Positions 27,846 to 38,678 of a stretch of 64,000 nucleotides of DNA are shown one piece after another; position 1 is the stretch's first letter; the number at the start of each line of letters is the position of its first letter. The DNA is taken from the NCBI RefSeq assembly GCF_025526975.1, contig NW_026515671.1, positions 124,001 to 188,000 on the forward strand. The letters are read 5' to 3'. This stretch comes from Fimicolochytrium jonesii (Eukaryota). Below the pieces are notes generated by a model that had not been told where the DNA came from, searched no databases, and saw only the letters and a list, made by a program, of their open reading frames with translations. The translations under genes and the position numbers were made by a program.

Positions 27846-28519
27846 CCAACAGCGACGGTGACAGTACGGTACGTCAGGGTTGCAGCAACCCTTTTTGGGG
27901 ACAGTTGCAACCTTGACTTCCCTCACCATCAGTCGCCTCACTACTGCGATGGGGTCTTGGAGGGGCGGACACTGAACAAATAAGGAAACACACGGAACAG
28001 GGTGTCTGTCTATCAGACGGAGCTGCCGGGTCGTGTAAGTTCTCTGTTCGGGAAGTGGCTTTCGGGATGACGGCAAGGTAATGTGGATAGTGTGGGGGAA
28101 TACGCGTTTCATGATGAGGGCTTTTTCGGTCAGGGACCTTCCTGTGCCCTTCTCATGAACGAGCATACATAGGCGCTGGGACTTGACTCAGACTTGAACA
28201 TCGGGTAGTACAGTCATTACAGTATGATGTTGTGATACCTTGTGAAGGTTGGGTTGGACCGTTGGAGCCCCACAGTTCAGATAAGATCGCGGAACGAGGG
28301 GAAAGAGGCTCCGAGTTCACAACTTCACAAGGGCTGCAGCTGAACTGGTTGTCTCTCTGGGAAAACAAGAGCTCTCTCGCTCGCACCTTTGCATACATAC
28401 TGTACTTGGTCTACCACCCTGCAAAACGACGAGCAACACGGACACGCAGGCCTCGCTTGTCACTACTCTTTGGAAGTTTGTTTACCTCAACTCAGTTGCC
28501 CCCGAAAAAAGCAGCCGCA

Positions 28520-30778
28520 ATGGAAAAAGGCCACTTCGACACTCCGCATGCCAGCGGGCCTCTGACCGACGAGCAGCGGTTGGAGCAGCTGGGTTACAAG
28601 CAGGTGGGTACTTCCAATTCAGCGCCTCTGACCACCTTTACAAGGTTTTGTATATTGGAAAGTGCGCCGACTCACGTCTGGAATTTCCACCCACCAACCA
28701 TAAAGGAATTGCGCCGCGAACTGTCCAGCTTCACCAACTTTGCCTTTTCCTTTTCAATTATCAGTATCCTCACCGGGCTCAATGTGAGTGAGATGGCAGA
28801 GAGGGAATACCATTGTCTACGATTTGCATCGCATGCTCAAATTTTGTTACCTAGGGACTGTACATGTATGGCTTCAACACTGGCGGTCCCGCAACCATCA
28901 TCGTAAGCACCCTCCCTCAAAACCCCAAATCAGGCCGTCCCATCCACTGATGCCCCTCGATCCTTCTCTCCCTCCGACAGTGGGGCTGGCCAGTAGTCTC
29001 CTTCTTCACCCTCCTCGTCGGTCTCGCAATGGCCGAGATATGTTCCAGCTTTCCAACATCCGGGGGATTATACTACTGGTCGGCTCAATTGAGTGGGCCA
29101 AAGTATGCCCCATTAGCCAGTTGGGTGACTGGCTGGTTTAATTTGATTGGGCAGATTGCTTGTACGAGTGGTATTATTTTTGCAAATGCGGCGGTGGTTT
29201 TGCAGGTGGTCGCGTTGAATAGGGAGGAGGTAAGCGAAGCGAGAGCGAGCGGATGCTTGAGGCAGGCGAGGTCGACCAGAGCGGCGAGCGGAGCGATTCC
29301 TTGTGCCGAATGCGCAATACCCCTAATTACGGCTCTTAGCGAGCCTCAGCGAGCGTCAGATCTTTTGCGAGCGAAGCGAGCACCACACTGCGCCATAGGC
29401 GCAGGATTCCGCTACCAAGTGTTCATCCAGCCAACCTTCGCATCGCTCATCGAACTTCGCTCATACAACTTTGCTTTGCTTCGCTTAGTTTGTACCCGAG
29501 CCATACCACCAAGTACTAGTCTGCGCCGCGATCCTAATCGTACACGGCCTGCTCAACACGTTCGCCGTCAAACTCGTCAACCAGCTAAACTACGTCTCCG
29601 TCTGGTGGCACATTCTCGGCACCATCACAATCGTCGCCGTCATCCTCGCCCTCGCCCCCACCCACCAATCCGCCACTTACGTCTTTACCACCTACCGCGA
29701 CGCCACCGGCGGCTGGGGCGACGTCGCTGGGCGCGGCTACGTCATCCTCATCGGTTTGCTTACCGCTCAATTCACCATGACCGGCTACGACGCCTCCGCA
29801 CATATGACCGAGGAGACCAAAAACGCCGCCATCTCCGGACCAGTGGGGATTGTGATGTCCATTGTCGTATCGTTTGTGGTGGGATGGTTTTATTTGATTG
29901 GGTTGACGTTCAGTATCCAGAATGAGGGCGCGGTGGGCGGGGAGGACGGCAGTGTGGGGGGTGTTATGCAGATCTTTTTGGATACGACCGGGACGAGGGG
30001 CGCGACGCTTTTGGGGTGTGTGGTGCTCGGCGCGATGTTTTGGTGTGGGATGAGTTCCGTCACGTCCAATTCTCGAATGGTGAGTGCCGCGAAGCAATGA
30101 ATTCATGCATCCCACCTTCTTTCGCTTACTCATGAAAACCCACTCACCTCTCACTCCCCGTTTCCACAGATCTATGCCTTTACGAGGGACGGGGCGCTTC
30201 CGTTTTCCTCGTACCTCCACATCATCAACCCGTCCACACACACCCCCGTCCGCGCCGTCTGGCTCTCCACCGTCCTCTCCCTCGTCCTAATCCTTCCCAT
30301 CCTCGGCAACTCCACCGCCTTCGCCGCCATCACATCCATTGCGACCATCGGGCTGTACGTCTCGTACGCCATCCCCGTTTTCCTGAGATTGACCCTGGGG
30401 AGACATACGTTCAGGAAGGGACCGGTGCATCTTGGGAAGTGGAGTAAGGTGGTCGGGTGGACGGCCGTGTGCTGGACGGCGCTGATCACGGTGTTGTTTG
30501 TGTTGCCGACTGGGTACCCTGTCACGGCACAGAATATGAATTACGCGGTGGTGAGTAGGCAGTCCCCCATCTCTTCTGTAACATGTCTGTCATCCCCCCC
30601 GCTGATTTTTTTTTGGGGGGGGGTCTAGGTGATGTTGGGCTTCGTACTCGTGCTTTCAATGGGCTGGTGGATTGTGGATGCGAGGAAATGGTTCAAGGGC
30701 CCGAAGATTGCGGCGTTTGCACCCGCGTCCGCACCCCCGGGGGTGGTTGATCGGGACGCGACGGAGATTGCGTTGTGA
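28520..30778 (+). CDS. APC-superfamily amino-acid/GABA/choline permease (ACT family), multi-exon
   Basis: LEQLGYKQELRRELSSFTNFAFSFSIIS, MAEICSSFPTSGGLYYWSA, GYDASAHMTEET, SRMIYAFTRDGALPFS, MNYAVV..ARKWFKGP. Confidence 0.93.
29281..29381 (+). repeat. Intronic interspersed element, copy A (inside permease intron 29230-29488)
   Basis: ~100 nt that aligns by eye with the reverse complement of 34512-34616. Contains GCGAGC-CTCA-GCGAGC and GCGAGC-GAA-GCGAGC. Confidence 0.85.
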
Positions 30779-31321
30779 ACGAGAGAGGCGGCGTATGTGC
30801 GGGATTTTGAGTGAGGGAGTGAGGGAGAGGATTGTAGAACACTTTTTCTGTTTTTGTTTTTTTTTTCCCCGCGGGTTCGGGGTGGATGTTTTTGGGTTTT
30901 GGGACTGTGAGCTTTTTTTTTTTTGCTTTTGTTTTGTTGTATGGGCTTTTTTGAGCGGGATTGATATCCGACTATATTGTGGACTTTGTACGAACAATCG
31001 CAGTTTCATCGAGGAGGGATATGTTGCGGGTTATATGATGTTGCGCTATGGCACGGAAGGCTGTCTGTGTTGGGGCTCCGCAGATTGTGACGGATAGGCA
31101 TCGCGATGGACTCTGCGGAGTCTGCTGATGGAAGAGCGACGTACTTTAATGGTGGACTACGAATGATCAGTGTTGAGCATGTTACAGATGGGGCTCCAAG
31201 TCTGCTCCGCTGTTAACACCGTCGCACAACCTATTTACGTATACTTGGATCTATACAAAAGTCCGCTGATTGCCGTAGCATATCCATATCTAATGCAGGG
31301 TCCCATCCTCGCTCCATCCCT

Positions 31322-32797
31322 TCACTCCGCCCTCCTCTCCACCCCCGCATCACCATCAACATCAACCTCAACCCTTACCTCTTCCTCCTCCTCCTCCCCC
31401 ACCGTCTCCCCACTCGTCTCCCGAACCACCTCCTCCTCCCTCCCCTTAACCCCCAAAAACATGCCCAACATCCCCAAATCATAACTAGCCTTCAACACGC
31501 CCGCCACCACAAACGCGACCCAAAACCGGCCATTCGCCGCCAGGTAACCGGTAATGACCGGCCCGCCGCTCTGCGCACACGTCTTGACCGTGTTCACGAT
31601 GCCCATCACGGCCGTGCGTTCCGCGGGGAGGATGATGATCGACAGGAAGGTTGTGCGCGGGGCCTGGTCCATGGACGCGAGGGAGGCGCGGGCGAACAGG
31701 AACACGAGCGTCACCGCGATCGAGGATGGGAAGGGGAACAGGGCTAGGAAGATGGCTGACGGGAGGTGGGTGAACACCATCGTGGGCACCAGCCCGATGC
31801 GTTTGGAGATGCTGGACGCCGCGATGTTGCCGAGGGAGGCGGTGAAGGAGGCCGTGGAGAGGATGGAGCCGAGTTGGGACTTTGGGAGTTGGAATTTGGT
31901 GTCGAGGAAGTAGGCGACGAGCGAGGTGGGGACCATGCCGGAGGCGAGGGAGTCGATGGAGAAGATGAGGCTGATTTTGAGGAGGAGGGTGAGGGTGGCG
32001 GGGGAGAGGTGGGAAAAGATGCCTTTTCGGTCCGGTGGTGGTGGATTGCTGGTGGGTGTGGTCGCTGCTGGGGATGTTGTCGTCGGCCCCATCGTCGCCG
32101 CCCCATCGCCCAAAAGCGGTCTCCTCTCCTCATCCACCTCCGGCACCCTCGCCGGCTCACACCCCTCCCCCAACCCCATCGCCACACACCCCTTCACAAA
32201 CCCCACCACCGCATACCCCCAAAACACCGCCCGATACGCCTCCACACCCGTCCACCCCTCCCTCTCCCCCAACACCTGCACCACCCACCCGGCCCCCAAC
32301 GACCCGCCCGCCGCCCCGAGCGTCCCCACCACGACATACCACGCAAACACATCCGACCGCGTCGCGGGGGACGAGAGATGCGCGAGCGTCGATTCCTCGA
32401 CGGCGCGGAACGGGCCGATCTCATTCCCGGAGGGCGAAATCACCCCAACGATAGCCGCCACCAACAGAATGTAGTAGTTGTCCGTGAGCGCAAACACGAC
32501 CCCGGAAACCATCATCAACCCACACGACAGCACCAATATCCGCCGCCGGCCCAAGCTATCCGCCACCACCGTCAGAAACAAGCTGATGATCACATCCCCG
32601 AGCAATGTCAGCGTCATGAACAGCCCGATCTTCTCGTCCGAATGCCCGAGGGCTGAGAAGTAGACCGCGAGGATCAGCGTCGAGGCGCCGTATGCGAACA
32701 TGCGCAGGAATTTGGACAGGAGGAGGAGGTGGATGTCGCGCGCGGCATGGAGGATAGTGGTTAGACCTAGCTCCTGGAGGATGGCGGAGGTGGGCAT
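31322..32797 (-). CDS. MFS transporter (intronless, 491 aa)
   Basis: About 12 hydrophobic helices, motif A (ADSLGRRRIL), GVISPSGNEIGPFRAVEES, SMDQAPRTTFL. Confidence 0.92.
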   Translation of the reverse strand: MPTSAILQELGLTTILHAARDIHLLLLSKFLRMFAYGASTLILAVYFSALGHSDEKIGLFMTLTLLGDVIISLFLTVVADSLGRRRILVLSCGLMMVSGVVFALTDNYYILLVAAIVGVISPSGNEIGPFRAVEESTLAHLSSPATRSDVFAWYVVVGTLGAAGGSLGAGWVVQVLGEREGWTGVEAYRAVFWGYAVVGFVKGCVAMGLGEGCEPARVPEVDEERRPLLGDGAATMGPTTTSPAATTPTSNPPPPDRKGIFSHLSPATLTLLLKISLIFSIDSLASGMVPTSLVAYFLDTKFQLPKSQLGSILSTASFTASLGNIAASSISKRIGLVPTMVFTHLPSAIFLALFPFPSSIAVTLVFLFARASLASMDQAPRTTFLSIIILPAERTAVMGIVNTVKTCAQSGGPVITGYLAANGRFWVAFVVAGVLKASYDLGMLGMFLGVKGREEEVVRETSGETVGEEEEEEVRVEVDVDGDAGVERRAE

Positions 32798-33129
32798 GGT
32801 TGGGCAGGACTTGGAGGGTGCGGAGGTGGAGATGGTGGTTGGTTGTGCTGTGCTGCAAACTACGTGCAGGTAGAAACGGGCACCGATTGCAGATGTGCGG
32901 AGGCCGGGAAGTTCAGGAAAGGGGCCCTTACAGTATCAAAGACCGCGCGCTTGTGGGACCGCACACACAAACCACCCCCACACAGCAGCCCACATAGCGA
33001 GATATCCCACCCTGCAGCATCTCCCTCTAATGGAAGCGTCTATATTCCCATTTATCTTTCCTCTCAGCCGCTTTATCTACGTGATTTCTCCCAAAAAAAA
33101 CTGTCCCCCAAAATATTCATCCCACTACA

Positions 33130-34947
33130 TCACATCCGTCGCAACTGCACATCCTCATCATACCCCGCCACCCCTCTATTCGCACCCCTCCCCTTGCCCT
33201 TCGCATCCAAGATTGAATCATCATCCGAGATCGTCTCCTCATCCTCATCCTCATCATCCAATGTGATCACACTACTCGACGGCGTCTGCAGCGGTTGATA
33301 CACTCCCCCATCACCCGCGTTATTCGGATTCCGCGGCCGCGACGACTCGGTCTTTGGTAACAGCGGATTCGCGCTCATCGGAGCCGCGTTCCTCCCCGAT
33401 GTCGAGTATACGGAGATGAGGGCGTTGACCCACAGGTATGTCAGCGACGCAATGGTGATTTGGAGGAGGATGTAAGTCGAATGGTCCACCCCGATACCGT
33501 TGATCAACGCGAGCTGTTCTTCGGTGACCGTCATGAACATTGTGCCGGAGACGGTGAGGAGGAAAGGGGGGATGTGTTGGAACGATCGGACGTTGGCACT
33601 GTCCGCGGGTGCGTCTCTCAAGATGAAAGAGATCTCGATCACCCGTGTCAACCCAGCAAGCATCAACGTCCCCCCAAACGCCGCATGCAATTTCGCGGAG
33701 AATTCAAGACTTTGTGCGTGCGTGAAAAACGAGTACCCCGTGAAAATCAGTATGATCCCCGGAAAAATCGACCGGCGGCCGTTTCGAGATAGAAACAGAC
33801 TCAGCGCCCCGGAAGCCCACCACACGATCCCCATACTCGTATGCTGCATATCCTTATGGCTCCACGGTGTGCCCCACCCGTGTTCCGTGAACGTGTTGAC
33901 AATCCCCCAGACCATCAACACGAACGAGTCGATGAACTCCTGGGATTTGTTCTGGCGGGCGAGCCAGGCGGATCCGACGCGGAGCATGAGGACTAGCAGG
34001 GAGCCGTAGGCGATGAAGGCGGAGCCCATGATGAGGTGCGCGAGACATTGGCCGAGGTGCTCGCCGGTGCAGAAGCCGAGGGAGGCGACGACGCCGAGTA
34101 ATATCTGTGTCCAGGCTAGGATTGGCCAGGATTTGCCGAGGATGCCGTGTGTGATGACAATGAGGCGGCGGAACCGAGTGCCTTCGTGGATGTGGAGTTT
34201 TAGGTAGAGGCCGAGTGAGACTTGCGCTGCTAAGCAGACTGCAAGTAATGATGCGAAGGAGCCGTGCGCGGTGTGTGGGAATTGCCGCCCTTTATGGGAG
34301 TGGCCTAATATGTACCTTTGAAACGCAGTAAGCGAAGAGGACCGAAGAGAAGCGAACGAGTTAGTGCCATCAACCAGCGAACGAAGTGTCGGAGATCATC
34401 CGTCGACGATCGACCATCAACCATTGAACCATCAACCCATCAACCCTGCGATGCATGAAACGACATGCTCGCTCTCCGCTCGTAACGAGGAGGTTGGGAT
34501 GCGTATGCTAAGCTCGCTTCGTTCGCAAAGATCTGACGCGACGCTCGCCGGCGCTCGCTGAGTACCGCGGTTAGGAGTATTGCGCCTTTGGCGCATCAGG
34601 AACTCGCTCCGCTCGTGCTCGCTGTCGCTCGCGTCCCCATGCTCTCCCCATACATACCCGCCGATAGTCAAAACCGTCGCGCCAACCTGCACAGGCACAT
34701 GCCACCTCGACCTAACAATCCCCAGCACCATGCCCAGTGGAAATAAACCCCCCCAAGCAATCACTTGAACCATCATATGGAGGTAGAGAATATTGTCGAT
34801 GGGCGTGTTTGCTTGTTGGGCAGGGTCGAGGGTTGAAGGGTCCGGGTGCGAGTGGGCGAAGGCTGGGGGGAGAAGGAGGAGGAGGACGGTGGTGGTGAGG
34901 AGGAGGAGGGGTATGGACCGGAGAGTTGGTGGTGGGTTGGCCTTCAT
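33130..34947 (-). CDS. YTP1: Ytp1-like multi-pass membrane protein, 2 exons (intron 34316-34657)
   Basis: Signal peptide; LHMMVQVIAWGGLFPLGMVLGIVRSRWHVPVQ..GYILGHSHKGRQF; GQCLAHLIMGSAFIAYG; NTFTEHGWGTPWSHKDMQHTSMG. Confidence 0.85.
34512..34616 (-). repeat. Intronic interspersed element, copy B (inside YTP1 intron)
   Basis: Reverse complement cgagcggagcgagttcctgatgcgccaaaggcgcaatactcctaa...gtcagatctttgcgaacgaagcgagc matches 29281-29381. Confidence 0.85.
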
Positions 34948-35783
34948 TGTTTGGGTGTTTTTGAGTGGACCTGGGAGTTCGTGGGTATGTTGTGACGAGA
35001 GATCAAGCCGCCAGAAGTGTATGAAGACCGGCAGCAGGTTGCAGATGAGCAAGGAGGGAGTGAGTGAGCAGTTGGCGCTTGCCGAGGTCGCTTGCACGGA
35101 GCGAGTTCGTTCGTTCGTTCTTTGCAAGGGCTCGATGCCCATCCTGCGCCGCCTGTCTTCCCGATGCCTTTATTCCCGTAAACATGTCACTGCGAAAGGA
35201 TCTCAAATGCCTAGCTGTCCACGTGACTTCAGCGGTATTTCAAGTGGTCGTTCTTCTCTGCGCGCTGACTCACACACTCACAATGGCCGATCCGATCCAT
35301 TCACGCGCGAAAGTCCAAAGGCCAAACGCGTTTTACTCTCTCTCTGTCTCTCTTGGCACCCCAACAGTCAACACCGCCGGAAACGGTAGTAGCCCTTGGT
35401 CTCCTTTGCCAAGTCCCGGTGTGCGGTCGGTGTATCCGACACAAGGAAGTCAAGGTGGTACGAGGAAGCCATTTTTGGGAACCTTTGAAGTTGGCAACGA
35501 TTGAAATTTGCGTTGGATGGGATCCATACAAGTTATACAACATGGCATGTGTATGGGCGGAGACTCCTTCGCGCCCGCTGATGAGAGGCCAAGACCAACG
35601 AGCGAGCGACCTACAGTATCTACAGTACGGTCTGGAAGTAAGCGCGGCGGTGTGTGTATGTACTGTACGTATGGGAAGGACTTGCAACTTGGCGCTTGGC
35701 TTATAAGGGGAGAGGGACTTGCGACAGGACGACAACATACGACTACCCACACGGCCAACCCATCGTCTGCACGCATCACCAGA

Positions 35784-37568
35784 ATGCTCGTCTCGACCGT
35801 CACCACCGCGGCTGCCGCCCTCCTTTTCAGCGGAGCCGTCCTCGCCGCTCCTGCCGACCCCGCTCCCAAGCAGCACTCATGCCGCTGTCTGGCCTCCGAC
35901 TCCAGCTGCTGGCCCAAAGCCGCCGACTTTGCTCGCCTGAATGCCACCGTCTCTGGTCGCTTGATCAGCATTGCCCCCGCCGCTGCGGTGTGCTACCCGT
36001 CGTCCGCCAACTTCAACGCCGCTCAATGCGCTTCCCTTCGTGCCAATTCCACCAACCCCTACTTCAGAGGTGATATCCCGGGCGCCACGATGCATCTTAA
36101 CCACGCTGGTGATGCGAACGAAGTCAACGTATGTCCCTTAGACAACACACTCACAGGCACTTGCGGGCAAGGCCGCGTCCCCGTGGTCGGTATCGAAGCC
36201 AAGACCAAAAACGACATCAAAGCCGCCGTCAACTTTGCCCGGAAGAACAACCTGAGGCTGGTCGTCAAGAACACCGGCCACGACTACTTTGGACGCAGCA
36301 GCGGCGCTGGCTCGTTCCTCCTCTGGACGCACCACATGCGCGGGATGGATTTCCATGAGAGTTTCGTGCCCCGCAAGTGCAGGAAAAATGTCGGAAGTGC
36401 TGTCACCATTCAGGCCGGCGAACAATGGGCGAACGTCTACCCGGCGGCCGAAGCGAGGGGGCTTGCGGTGATCGGAGGTGAGGCACGGACAGTGGGTTCA
36501 GTCGGTGGATACCTGCAAGGAGGCGGTCACAGTCCCATCTCCCGCACATTCGGGCTCGCCGCCGACAACGCGATCGAGTTCTCCGTCATCACCGCCAACG
36601 GCAATGAGGTGATCGCCAACGAGTGCCAAAACACCGACCTCTTCTGGGCCCTCCGAGGCGGCGGCGGCGGCACATTCGGCGTTGTCGCCTCCGCGACCGT
36701 CAAGACTCACCCATCTCCAAAAACCGGCGCGGCCATTGGGAGCATCAGCAGCGCCGGCGCCGCCGACCCCCGCGCAGCCGGCAAAGCCCTCCTTCAACGC
36801 CTCATCGACATCCAACCCGCGCTCGACAAAGCAGGCGTCTCGGGATACTACTCCCTCACCCCCGTCTCCGTCCTGTACATCCTCTACCACCCCAACGGCA
36901 CCAACGCCACCATCGCCGAAGCACTCAAACCCCTCACCGAGTTCGTCGCCTCCTCCAACGGAACCTACGCCCAAGGCGGCGCCACCGTGTCCTTCCCAAC
37001 CTACTACTCCGCCTACAACTTCCTCTCCTGCCGCACCTGGCCCCAAACCTGCACAGACACGGTCGGAACCTCCCTCGCCCTCGGATCCCGCCTCATCCCC
37101 ACCACAACATTCACAGACCCCGTCGCCAGCAAACAACTCGGGGGCGCCCTCTCCGACATCCTCACCCAAATGGGCTCCACACCCTTCATGCTCGCCCAAC
37201 TCGTCGCGGGCGGCAAAGTCGCCCAGCAGGACCCAGACGCACTGGGACTCAACCCGGCCTGGCGCAAAGCCCTCTGGCACGTCGTCATCACAAAAGGATG
37301 GACGGACGCCGCACCCGCCGCCGAGATCGCGACCGCCAAAGCTGAAGTCACCCGTCTCACCCAGCTCATGCGCGACGTCACTCCCGGGTCCGGCGCGTAC
37401 TTTAACGAGGCGGATGCGAACGAGCCGAACTACCGGGACGCGTTCTTTGGGAACCATTATGCGAAGCTGTTGAGCATCAAGAATCAGTATGACCCGACCG
37501 GGTTATTTGTGTGCAAGAAGTGTGTGGGGAGTGAGGGGTGGACTGACGACGGGAACTGCCGTGCGTAG
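35784..37568 (+). CDS. Secreted FAD-linked oxidoreductase (berberine bridge enzyme-like / AA7-type), intronless
   Basis: Signal peptide MLVSTVTTAAAALLFSGAVLA; VVKNTGHDYFGRS; GGYLQGGGHS; DLFWALRGGGGGTFGVV; GAYFNEAD..FFGNHYAKLLSIKNQYDP (BBE domain). Confidence 0.93.
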   Translation: MLVSTVTTAAAALLFSGAVLAAPADPAPKQHSCRCLASDSSCWPKAADFARLNATVSGRLISIAPAAAVCYPSSANFNAAQCASLRANSTNPYFRGDIPGATMHLNHAGDANEVNVCPLDNTLTGTCGQGRVPVVGIEAKTKNDIKAAVNFARKNNLRLVVKNTGHDYFGRSSGAGSFLLWTHHMRGMDFHESFVPRKCRKNVGSAVTIQAGEQWANVYPAAEARGLAVIGGEARTVGSVGGYLQGGGHSPISRTFGLAADNAIEFSVITANGNEVIANECQNTDLFWALRGGGGGTFGVVASATVKTHPSPKTGAAIGSISSAGAADPRAAGKALLQRLIDIQPALDKAGVSGYYSLTPVSVLYILYHPNGTNATIAEALKPLTEFVASSNGTYAQGGATVSFPTYYSAYNFLSCRTWPQTCTDTVGTSLALGSRLIPTTTFTDPVASKQLGGALSDILTQMGSTPFMLAQLVAGGKVAQQDPDALGLNPAWRKALWHVVITKGWTDAAPAAEIATAKAEVTRLTQLMRDVTPGSGAYFNEADANEPNYRDAFFGNHYAKLLSIKNQYDPTGLFVCKKCVGSEGWTDDGNCRA

Positions 37569-38678
37569 AGGGGTTGGGACTGTATACCATCACTTGTGTG
37601 CTTAGGATAGATAGATAGATGAGTTGTTTCGCATATTTAAGTCCTGATAATGCCGAAAACAAACGTTGCTTCAACGTCCCCATCGCACGGAGGGTAATCA
37701 AACGAGCCCGCGAGCTAGCGTCGATCATTGTTGCGCATAACCCCGTTTGGAGTACTGTACTGTACCTCAACCAACCCTCCCAGTTCGCCCATTGCACATG
37801 GAAACCTCACCACCCCGGCTGTCTCGCGGCCGCATGCGATCGCTGAGACGGGTCGGGGAAACCTGCGACGGAGCAAACCACCGGGATATTGGAGCCTAGA
37901 CGTAGACGTAAATCTACGTGAGGGACCATGGCGTGGGGGGTTGGCTAACAATGCGCGGGATATACCGAACGTGGCATGGTGCGAGAGGGGTACCGGCGGT
38001 TATATCGGGAACAAACATGTAAAGGATCCCCGATTGTACGAAAAACAAAAACAAAAAAAAAATGGATCGTATTGAGCGTACGATTGTGCGGGAAGAAACA
38101 AAAAAAAATCCCGTCAATAGCGTCTGATGAATGGACGATTGTGTGGAAAGAGAACAAGGCGAAGGGTTCACAATCGGACTGCCGGAGGGTGCCCCGCGTA
38201 CCACCGGTTGTGCGGCCTCATGAACACACAGACGGATGGGGGATTGTGCGAAAACAAAAACGGATGGTGTCATTGTGCGTTGAGGGACAACCCATTGCGG
38301 GCGTTGCCAGGTGCATTGTGAAGGATTGTGAAGGCACAGCAATGAAGGATTGTGCGGGCCACCAAGTCCGGAAGTTCGACAGCGCGTTTCTCCCGGAGTG
38401 TGATGCTCGAAACGACGGATGTTGAGCAGCATTGGACCCCGTGAGATTCCTTTTATCAGATCGGTGTCTCAGAGAGTGTCGCCAAAATGCAAACGTGAGG
38501 TCTTATTCAAGCACCGACGGAGCCTAATATGCAGGCAAAGGGCGTGGGAAGTCAACAATTTCTCAGTGACTTTTTGGATTACGGGATCTTTACATACAAA
38601 CATACACACCAAAGATTCGAGGTGTCCCTGGCAGAAGGTACTGTTAACAACGAACGAAATATATGGGAAGAGAAGCTA

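Noticed and set aside
34560..34605. Hammerhead or twister ribozyme in the intronic element (ctgatg-cgcc-aaa-ggcg-caat)
   Set aside because: It lacks the CUGANGA and GAAA cores, copy A has no CUGA, and twister stems and pseudoknots could not be formed.
36498..37457. Long antisense or alternative-frame ORFs (also 12467-13399 and 31766-32656)
   Set aside because: These are shadows of GC-rich real genes.
37950..38430. Recurrent gattgtgcg/A-rich motifs as a Cys-repeat gene
   Set aside because: Irregular spacing and frequent stops; too degenerate to support.
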